Shown here: positions 1 to 8,200 of the stretch, one piece after another | Position numbering within the stretch: the stretch's first letter is position 1 | Layout of the letters: the number at the start of each line of letters is the position of its first letter | Assembly: GCA_964016885.1 (NCBI GenBank) | Contig: OZ024740.1 | Location: 436,232,001-436,296,000, forward strand | DNA length: 64,000 nucleotides | Direction of reading: 5' to 3' | DNA from: Eledone cirrhosa | Lineage: Eukaryota | Translations under genes and position numbers: made by a program | Notes under the pieces: model-generated | What the model saw: only the letters and a program-made list of their open reading frames with translations | Database searches by the model: none | Told to the model about the DNA's origin: nothing

Positions 1-2
1 AC

Positions 3-1241
3 TCTGACTCTGTCTCTTTGGTTGTAGCCAGAGAACTGCATGCGGTTGATGAAGTGTTGGATGTGTCCTTCCATTTCTGTTGGGTCGCACATGCTGGACA
101 CATTCTTCATCACTCGTACCAAATCTGCGATCAGAATATTAAACTTAGCACTACTGGACATTGCTGAGTTTTTGAGTATCAGGTATTTGGAGGCCATGGG
201 TTTAGCATAGTGTGAGTGGAGAATTTGGGCTCTCTCATCTATAGTGTTAATCCAGAGTTCTGTGTCTAATACAGGTAGTCTATTGTTAGGGTGTTTGGAA
301 GGGAAGTCTATAGTTACAGTTATACTCTGGTGTATGGAATTAGCTATCTGCTGGATGCTTTCCATCGTGCTACGTTCTAAATCAAACTTGTTAGTGCTCT
401 CTAGTGGGGGTGTTCTTATAACTATATTGATATCGTCTACATAACGAGAGTACATGATGAGGTCTATGGAGCTTTCATTAAGGAGGAGATCTTTAAGTCT
501 CCTTTCCCACCATACCATGAAAAGGTTGGCAACATCACCAGCTATGCTGACGCCGATGGCTGCTCCCTCATTTTGGGTGTAGATTTTCTCATTGAACTTA
601 AATATGTGGCCCTTTAGGGTAGTTTTGATACTAGCCCCTATTGCATGTGCGACCATTTTTCTTACCTGATCAGTGTTTTGGGGGGTCCGTATAGCTTTGG
701 TCCACCCAATCCACCTTCCTATGGGAGTCTTTTTAGCCATTGAGGTTATGGTGGGGGCTCTACCTCTTATAGGTCTACTAGGGCAGAAACATCTAAGGTC
801 ATGGCTGTCTAGGTAGTCAGTGTCGTAGGTAAGTCTAAGTAGGAGGCCCAGTTCGTCTGTGTCGACGTCGCAGAACTCCACCTCACTCTCAATGATCATC
901 TCCACACATCTTTTCACAGCAAAATCAATGTTAATGGATGGGTACAGTGACACCACATCCATGCTGCCTATTATGCAGTTGGATAGGCTCCTGTTTTTGT
1001 TGCACTCACTGATTCTGCTGAGGAGGTCCTCTGTACTTTCACATACATCTGGGGACATCTTGATTATGGGGCGTATAACCATTGAGAGGAAGTAGGAGAT
1101 CCTGTAGTTGCTAGCTATATTAGCTCCGCATACGGGTCTTGTTGGTGGTCCTGTTGTCGGGTCGTCGACTGTCTTGTGGTCTTTGCGGAGCCCATACAAG
1201 GGTGGTATGCCATTGTTAGACGCCTGGAAGTTGTTGGCAGT
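3..1241 (-). CDS. Partial PLE (Naiad-like) reverse transcriptase, ~413 codons, no stop found; runs off window start
   Basis: Manual translation gives PPLYGLRKDHK..GPPTRPVCG (motifs 1-2), IIGSMDVVSLYPSI (A), YTQNEGAAIGVSIAGDVANLFMVWW (B), MYSRYVDDINI (C), DFPSKHPNNRLPVLD, HYAKPMAS and MQFSGY. Confidence 0.9.
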
Positions 1242-1629
1242 GCGCAAAGAAGACAAAATAAAATAAGATAAACAAACAAGCAAATAAATAAATAAATATA
1301 TAGACAGACTGAACAAAAAAAAAATGGCGTAGACATACAACACAACAGGAGGAACAATGAATATAACACCACTGACGATGTTGCAGATGTGCAACGAAAG
1401 ATTTATGTAAATTATGTAAACTATATATATATGTGTTTGTCTATATTGTATCTGTATTATTTTTGACCGCCGGTCAGTCAATGGCAACATTGAGGACCGA
1501 GTAAGTTAGATCGCAGATATATATATATAAAAGACAGCGAGAAGCGAAAACCAACCAAACAGTGAGTGTGTTCTGTTATTAATTCTGGCAATATTACGCA
1601 AATATGACCCTCCCCAAATATAACAATAT
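1241..1629 (+). repeat. Inverted pseudo-LTR of copy 1
   Basis: Reverse-complement similarity to 2765-3093, with shared blocks ATGGCGTAGACATACAA, AAAACCAACCAAACAGTGAGTGTGTTCTG and AATATGACCCTCCCCAA. Confidence 0.88.
1366..1408 (+). ncRNA. Minimal type I hammerhead ribozyme motif in pLTR
   Basis: CTGACGA(T) core at 1372-1379, perfect stem II GTTGCA-GATG-TGCAAC at 1380-1395, GAAA at 1396-1399. Stems I and III are very short or degenerate. Confidence 0.7.
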
Positions 1630-1642
1630 ATATATAACATTA

Positions 1643-2710
1643 TCTATAAAAGGCAGATTGTTGTTGTTGTGTGTGCGTGTGTGCATGTTCCATGTTTATA
1701 CATTCGCGTAATTTCAAACCGATTCGACTCAAATTCTGTAAGAATGTTATAAATGGTCTAACTTAGGTCAACGACTATTTATTTCATTCAAACTTACCCA
1801 CAATTACTGAAATAATCGATAAAACTAAATACATGGCGCTTTACCCTCTAATACAATCAGATTCACCCTATCTTCTCCACTTAAAATTCGATAAAACTAC
1901 ATACATGCTTACAAACTTCCTTTAGGAACGCCGAAGAGAGAGAGAAAGAGAACGTTTGTTTTTAAATGTGGAACGGTCAAACATTTATTTACTTCAATGA
2001 CAAAGAACTTATTACATTTCATACGAAACAACAATTATTCAAAAGCAACAGATAAATGTATTCAACAACAAAAATAGCGATAAATCTTTTTTAAAACCTC
2101 TCAACGAACGTGGAAGAAAGAAGTATCAGTTTATTTACTATACACAATAATATCCACTATGAGGTCATTAAACCTGCTAGAAACAGCAGCTAACTCTCCC
2201 CCATATCACCACTCTCCCTACTGTTTTAAATTTAGAAAACATATCCGCTATGAGGTCACTAAACCAGCTAGAAACAGCAGCTAACTCTCCCCCATATCAC
2301 ACCACTCCCTACTGTCTTAAATTTAGAAAACACATATCCTCTATGAGGTCACTAAACCTGCTAGAAACAGCAGCTAACCCTCCCACATATGACACCCCTC
2401 CCTACTGTCTTAAATTAAAAAAACAGACATTAGACAACTCCATCGCAGCTCTGTTGTTCGGCTGGCGTCGTCTACGCGCGTGTTGCGCAAGTACTGTGAA
2501 ACAATAAATTTCAACACTTCTTTGCACAGAGATAATATCCATAGGCGAAACTACGATTATCACTGCTGGCGCAGCTCCTGCTTCGGCAGTCCAGGTCTGC
2601 AATTCATTCACCCAGTGCCTGGAAGACAAAAAAGTGCTGCCATAAAATGGGTGGTGCAACCTAACTTTGGTAACTTACTGACCCCGAGCAACGCCGGGCT
2701 TTAATGCTAG
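1643..2710 (+). mobile_element. Non-autonomous Helitron (~1.07 kb)
   Basis: A|TC 5' end, CTAG|T 3' end, GC-rich subterminal hairpin CCCGAGCAACGCCGGG (2683-2698), no TSD. It has a GT microsatellite and an AACCGATT..AAATT motif near the 5' end, as in invertebrate non-autonomous rolling-circle elements. Confidence 0.75.
2150..2422 (+). repeat. Three tandem copies of a 91-93 bp unit inside the Helitron
   Basis: CTATGAGGTCA..CTAGAAACAGCAGCTAAC..CCCTACTGT recurs at 2157, 2248 and 2341. Confidence 0.92.
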
Positions 2711-2764
2711 TATATATATATTTGTTTTGTGAGGTTTTTTATATGAAATCGTGTGTCGAAACAA

Positions 2765-3093
2765 ATATTGTTATACTTGGGGAGGGTCATATTTGTGTAA
2801 TAATATTGCCAGAATTAAAAACAGAACACACTCACTGTTTGGTTGGTTTTCGCTTCTCTATCTTTTATATCAGTTAATTTATTCGGTCCTCAATGTTTAC
2901 CATTGACTGGCCAACGGTCAAAAGATACAGATATAATATAGACACAAACACATATATATAGTCTAACAAAGTTCTTTCGTTACACATCTGCAACATCGTT
3001 AGTGGTGCTATTATGTTCCTCCTGTTGTATTGTATGTCTACGCCATCTTTATTTAATCTGTTTATTTTTTTATTTTTGTCTTCTTCTCTGCGC
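2765..3093 (-). repeat. 3' pseudo-LTR of copy 2
   Basis: Homologous to 1241-1629 and lies downstream of the endonuclease-coding region. Confidence 0.85.
2965..3007 (-). ncRNA. Degenerate hammerhead motif (core G5 mutated)
   Basis: Minus strand reads CACCA-CTAACGAT-GTTGCA-GATG-TGTAAC-GAAAGAACTTTG. CTGA is changed to CTAA; stem II is kept with a G-U pair. Confidence 0.6.
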
Positions 3094-3269
3094 ATGCGTG
3101 TGTGTATAGTGTTTGGTGTGTGTTCGCGTTTGGGTGACTGTGTTTTGGTTATTGTATTCTATCTTAGTTTACTAGTGTGTGTTTATATGTGTTTGCTGTT
3201 ATTGTGCTTGTGTATACCTTTATTTATTTATATTTCGCTTAAGTCAGTATTGTTTGTTTGGGTGTTGTT

Positions 3270-4485
3270 GTTATTCCATTCATTTTTTTCTGTTTAGCTT
3301 TGGCTTTCTAAGCTCTATCTATTTCACTGGCCTCTCTGATTTGCCTATCTGCTGGGTCATTTCTATGTTTAGATATTATTTTAATTTCTATGTTGTCTAT
3401 GTTACCGTCATGTTGTTGTCTGGCGTGTTTGTATAGTACTGAACCGTTTTTTCGTCCTTTTAGTTCCCCCCAGTGTTGGTCTATCCTTTCATCTATGCTA
3501 CGAGCTGTCTCGCTTATGTATGTTGTTATCATGTTTCTGCAAGTACCCTCTATACATCTTATGCTATAGACTACGTTTCTAGTTTTACAGTTTATCCAGG
3601 GGTTTACTTTACATATAATACATTTCCTATTAGTACAGTGGGTTTTCTTAAAAGGGTATGTTTTACTGATCAGGGATTTTATGGTAGTTCCTGGCTTTTC
3701 TACCACCTTAATCTTTAAGTGGGTCTTTCTCATGGCCTTTCTACACTGGTTAGCTAATTTCCCTCCAGGGGTAGCGTCCACGAACATGACACTCTGGTAT
3801 CTCTGGTTGTCGTACCTTGAGGTGGCTTTCCCTATCTCATGTTTAGTCCTACCTAAGCTATTCCATGATTTGCTCCTGTATAATGGGCAAATTCCTTTCA
3901 TGTCCAGTTCTATGAGGGTCTTATACTTCTCCGTGGCTCCTTCGTATACTCTGATTCTGTCTCTTTGGTTGTAGCCAGAGAACTGCATGCGGTTGATGAA
4001 GTGTTGGATGTGTATTTTCCATTTCTGTTGGGTCGCACATGCGGGACACGTTCTTCATCACTCGTACCAAGTCTGCGATCAGAATATTAAACTTAGCACT
4101 ACTGGACATTGCTGAGTTTTTGAGTATCAGGTATTTGGAGCCCATGGATTTAGCGTAGTGTGAGTGGAGAATTTGGGCCCTCTCGTCTATAGTGTTAATC
4201 CAGAGTTCCGTGTCTAATACAAGTAGTCTACTGTTAGGGTGTTTGGAAGGGTAGTCGATAGTTACAGTTATACTCTGGTGTATGGAATTAGCTATCTGTT
4301 GGATGCTTTCCATTGTACTACATTCTAAATCATACGTGTTAGTACTCTCTTGTGGGGGTGTCCTTATTACTATATTAATGTCGTCTACGTAACGAGAGTA
4401 CATGATGAGGTCTATGGAGCACTCATCAAGGAGGTCTTTGAGTCTCCTTTCCTACCATACCATAAAAAGGTTGGCAACGTCACCA
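3270..4485 (-). pseudogene. Disrupted PLE RT-thumb-linker-GIY-YIG endonuclease ORF
   Basis: ORFs 3921-4403 (YVDD) and 3308-3988 contain PLYR, FVDATPGG, KVVEKPG, a Cys-rich linker, NVVYSIRC..C..YISET, KH....H and RQIREA. Lesions: TGG>TAG at ~4453, a +1 frameshift at ~4015, and frameshifts at ~3320 and ~3285 that break a C-terminal LNRKNEW. Confidence 0.88.
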
Positions 4486-4688
4486 TAAGATGTGGTCCAT
4501 CATAAGGTGGGTTACATAGGATGTGGTTCATCATAAGGTGGACCACATAGGATGTGGTCCGTCATATGGTGGGTTACATAGGATGTGGTCCATCATAAGG
4601 TGGGCCGCACTACTAAACAATTCGAGGCAATTTTGAAATTAGGCGTGCCATTCAGAAAGCCAAACGGGCCACGGCTTGCCCATGGCTG
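4486..4688. mobile_element. One end of a hAT (Charlie-like) DNA transposon or MITE
   Basis: The terminus reads CAGCCATGGGCAAGCCGTGGCCCG on the minus strand, matching the CAG..GGGCAA..GGCCCG hAT TIR pattern. It is flanked by TTCTAGAA (4689-4696), fitting the nTCTAGAn Charlie target. The other end was not found. Confidence 0.55.
4488..4609. repeat. 31-bp palindromic minisatellite, ~4 copies
   Basis: Unit GATGTGGTCCATCATAAGGTGGRYYACATAG; each unit can fold as ATGTGGTCCATC-ATAA-GGTGGACCACAT. Confidence 0.85.
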
Positions 4689-5104
4689 TTCTAGAAGACT
4701 ACCGAAAATACCTGTTTTGGGGGATGAGGCACAGTAAAGTAGTAGAGTTGATGGTAGAAAAGAAGCGGGTTTATTTCATGGATGTGTGAAAGAATGTTCG
4801 ATCAGAAGACACAGTTTTATTAAATGTAAAGGTGAATGAGAGACGACACAAGATATATGTGACGTTAGTGAAGGCAACATGTTTGGGATTGAATGTTTGT
4901 TAATCAATAGAATGGAATCCTATGAAATATGTGTGCATGTAATATTTACTCTCTCCCATTCATAAGAACAATATTCTGATGTGGGTCACTTTTGTACCTA
5001 ATAAAGCGTAAACAATGGATAAACCCTAAAGTTTAATTTGTGTATGAATGATAGATCCTAGCATATAAGTCATACTTGTTTCATCTGTATAGAGAGATGA
5101 TTTA

Positions 5105-5182
5105 CAAATCCAAATTGAGCGGAGTTTGAACTCAGAAAACAAAACTCAATACTACTGCAGTGTTCTGTTAGATCACCGTCTT
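5105..5182 (-). mobile_element. Highly decayed SINE fragment
   Basis: GCGGAGTTTGAACTCAG (B-box reverse complement) and CACCGTC resemble the head of the SINEs at 5322 and 31030. Confidence 0.35.
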
Positions 5183-5321
5183 GAAAATAATGGTTTATAG
5201 TCTAGAGACTGGACTTGATCTTTTCTCCTTAAACTCTGCTGCTGGTGATCGAACTTTGTGGAGAAGAATTTCTCATTTTGATGAGCAGTCTTCAACTGGC
5301 GGAGTTTAGCGTCACAAGAGA

Positions 5322-5527
5322 GTCTAGACACAAGGCCAGTAATTTTAACAGAGGGGGAAGTCTTTTAACTCAACCCCATTACTTGATTGGTACTTTATTT
5401 TATCAATGCAGGAGGACGAAATACAAGGTTGGCCACGGCAGGATTTGAACTCAGGACGTAAAAAGTTGTAACTAAATACCGCAATGCATTTTGTCTGCCG
5501 CTCTGCTGATCCTGCCAATCCACCGCT
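5322..5527 (-). mobile_element. tRNA-derived SINE, diverged
   Basis: Shares CACAAGGCCAG, TGGTACTTTATTTTATC, GGATTTGAACTCAG (B-box) and CTGCCAATCCACCG (A-box/head) with 31030-31212. Confidence 0.8.
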
Positions 5528-6291
5528 CTACTATCTTAAAAATAATACAACACTGTGCTTTGTTACATCACTGTTCTGAAACTAACAAAATGAAGAAATA
5601 AATATTTGATGGAGTCTGGCAATTGAAAACAGTGTTGTAGTTGGTGGTGGTGTATGAGGTGGCGAGGGGGGTGGGAAGAAGGTGAATTCAAAAGAGGATT
5701 TAACAAATGTGTAGAAATTGGATTTAGAAGTTCTCTTACAATTCTTATTAAGTAATAGAGTTAAAAGAAAAACGTGACATGTAATATAGGGAATTACACC
5801 CAATTCACCTATAAAATATTTATACCTCCATGGCTATTCTAAACTGTCAAGATAACTGTGATAGTTTCTTCGTCAATTTTTACCAAATACTTGTGTACAT
5901 CCTCTCTAGTTTATCTCTAACCTACCATCATAAAATGGTTGCTATCTGTTAGATAAACACTTATGCTCATTGTGTGTTTAGAATTATAGTGTCAACTGAA
6001 ATAAATAATGGGACAACCGGGTCTCCATACACGAGTAGATTCTATTTCGGGGTTCAAGTCAAAAGAAACAAAATGAAACACTTTATCAGAACCAATATAT
6101 TGTATTTGTAGAAGTTTGTATGAAGTGTTTAGGTGAGAACTGGAAATATTCCACGATCATGTAAAACTGGTACCAATGAATATTGTTCTGTGAATTCTTC
6201 CAAGTGCCAACTACCAAAAACTAAATCATGGACCAGTTTCTTATTTAAATGATTAGTTATCCCAATAAAATAATCTGTGGTATGAAAATTC

Positions 6292-6468
6292 TGTTGTTGT
6301 TGTTTAGGTTGTAGTCACCTTAATAAAACTGGCCATGACCATCCCGTCTGATATTTAAACGTATATCTATGACTACATTATCTAAAGTGTTCCTTTTTTT
6401 ATTTTGGAATTGATTTTATGGAAATCTGACTTCTATTTTTAGTAGGTTGAATGACCATATAGAGGCCT
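6292..6468 (-). mobile_element. Old SINE-like repeat 3' portion ending in (AAC)n
   Basis: Minus strand ends CCTAAACAACAACAAC. Bases 6419-6462 match the Helitron-internal 91-bp unit at about 31 of 44 positions. Confidence 0.45.
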
Positions 6469-7199
6469 TCTTATTCATTTCTTATTCCTCATGTTGTATT
6501 AACTGTTCTGATAGTATGTTTTTATTATGTCCAAAACAACAAACTTACCTCTTCTTACGTAGTGGTATTACCTTTCTATTAGTTTTACAAGAATTTAATA
6601 TTTACAATCTGTTAAAAGATAACTTCAAAAGTAAAATACAAATATTGTGATATGTTCAATTGTGAATATAAATGATTATTTCCTAACTGTATCACATCAG
6701 TTGTTAGGTAGATATTTCAAGCTATATTACGAGATTATTTACTTACAGCTTCCATATATATTATATGTATATCTATATTCTTTTATTCTCTTACATGTTG
6801 TAATCACTACATTGGGTCGATAGCTGAACAACGCCCACACATATTTCATATTTTTTATTATTTTAATTCTCCCTACAAAAACTGGGTGGTTTCTAAGAAA
6901 CAAAGTGCTAACCTCCATTCGACTATAAATAAAAACAGCAATAAAGGGTTAAATGTTGAATTTTAGAAGATTCCACACATATTTTCACCGTTCAGCAGAT
7001 TAAAATTTTTTATATACGAATTAGATTTTTTTTTCTTTGTTGAAAAATCGTGTTTTCAAAAGGTTTACTTCGACAGAAGGTTCGAGGTTGCAGTAATGAC
7101 AGTGTGATTAAGAAATCCACTTCGGAATACGTGTAAACACTGCACCTAACTGGTCAACACTTGGTATTGTGCTACAACCACAGGCTCGCAATTGCCTTG

Positions 7200-7532
7200 T
7201 TAGTCTCTTTACATCCTGCTACAGCAACAACTTCTGCTACCTTCAACTAGCAAGCTACGAACCTTCTACACCTTGGTCCACATCAAGAACTAGTCCCTCT
7301 TTCTCTAGTAAACTCAACTGTGTTTCTTACCTCCCTCCAACCACCCTTCATTACACACATCGTTCATTCATTGAGTCCCTAAACTACGGCCCTCTGAAAT
7401 TCCGTCCATTCCTAAGATTGTCCCACGGGTATCGACCTAGAGAAGTTCAAGCTAAATATCAAACGTATCGATCTCGTTAGTCTGGGAGGAATGCAAAGGT
7501 CACCGTGTTGCACGTCCCTCTTCTGCTAAATA
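7200..7532 (+). mobile_element. Decayed 3' end of a CR1/L2-group LINE ORF2 plus 3' UTR
   Basis: Frameshifted translation SLF..Y.N..C..QLAS..P / SFI / PKTTAL*NSVHS*DCPTGIDLEKFKLNIKRIDL resembles the LWNSLP...DL..FK C-terminal signature of CR1-group ORF2. Confidence 0.55.
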
Positions 7533-7563
7533 TTTCTATAATGTGCTTATATCTATTTGCTGG

Positions 7564-7877
7564 TACACACACACACATATACATACATACACACACATAT
7601 ATATATACATACATACACACACACACACCATACATATATACATACACACACATACATACACATATATACATACACACACACACACACACATACATACATA
7701 CATACACACACACATGCATACAGACACACATATACATACATGCGCCCACATGCACACACAGCGACAAATGTATGTATAAATATATATATTTGCTTGTGAA
7801 TATATATATATGGATATATATATATAATATATATATATATGTGTATATATATCTATATATATATATGTGTATATATA

Positions 7878-7952
<75 letters not shown>
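7564..7952. repeat. Compound microsatellite (CA)n/(TACA)n/(TA)n
   Basis: Directly visible; pure (TA)n of about 35 units at 7882-7952. Confidence 0.97.
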
Positions 7953-7954
<2 letters not shown>

Positions 7955-8200
7955 CAATTAGTAATCATAATAGTATATGCATAGGTAGTTTGTGTATGTG
8001 TGCGTCAGTGTGAGTGTATTTCTGTAAGTGTAAGTGCTTTAAGGTCTGCTGGTGTTGTTATTGTGGTTCTTGTTGTAGTTGTTGATGTTGATATTGTCGT
8101 TATTAGTTTTTTCTGTGTTATATTATTGTAGTTGCTGTGTTGGCTTTTTTTTTTCAGTTCTTCACTCGCACCCCACCCCCCACCCCCATCCGTTCTGTTC

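Larger units (their letters stand above)
1..1629 (-). mobile_element. Penelope-like retroelement, Naiad-type (copy 1): 5'-truncated RT body plus inverted 5' pLTR; continues beyond window start
   Basis: Minus-strand RT frame at 3-1241 is joined at 1241 to a plus-strand copy of the sequence that forms the 3' end of copy 2 (2765-3093). An inverted upstream pLTR is a known PLE insertion structure. Confidence 0.9.
2765..4485 (-). mobile_element. Penelope-like retroelement, Naiad-type (copy 2): 5'-truncated, with RT C-terminus, GIY-YIG endonuclease and 3' pLTR
   Basis: 3948-4485 is about 90% or more identical by eye to 1-540. It is followed by an EN-coding region, an AC-rich spacer and the pLTR. 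Similarity to copy 1 ends abruptly at 4485. Confidence 0.92.

Noticed and set aside
3308-3760. Selenoprotein recoding as reported for some Naiad elements
   Set aside because: The linker and EN cysteines are ordinary Cys codons with no in-frame TGA, and I recognised no SECIS.
244-3974. Short plus-strand ORFs and the ORFs at 1115-1372, 2250-2704 and 2874-3095
   Set aside because: They are antisense or off-frame shadows of PLE, pLTR and Helitron sequence with no recognisable motifs.
6860-6952. piggyBac-like end (AAAGGG|TTAA)
   Set aside because: No matching opposite terminus was found and the motif is too short.
7088-7204. Possible decayed SINE head
   Set aside because: No recognisable B-box and no second copy in the window; too diverged to support.
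7477-7968. ORFs rich in YI/HT/VC
   Set aside because: They are translations of the CA/TA microsatellite.
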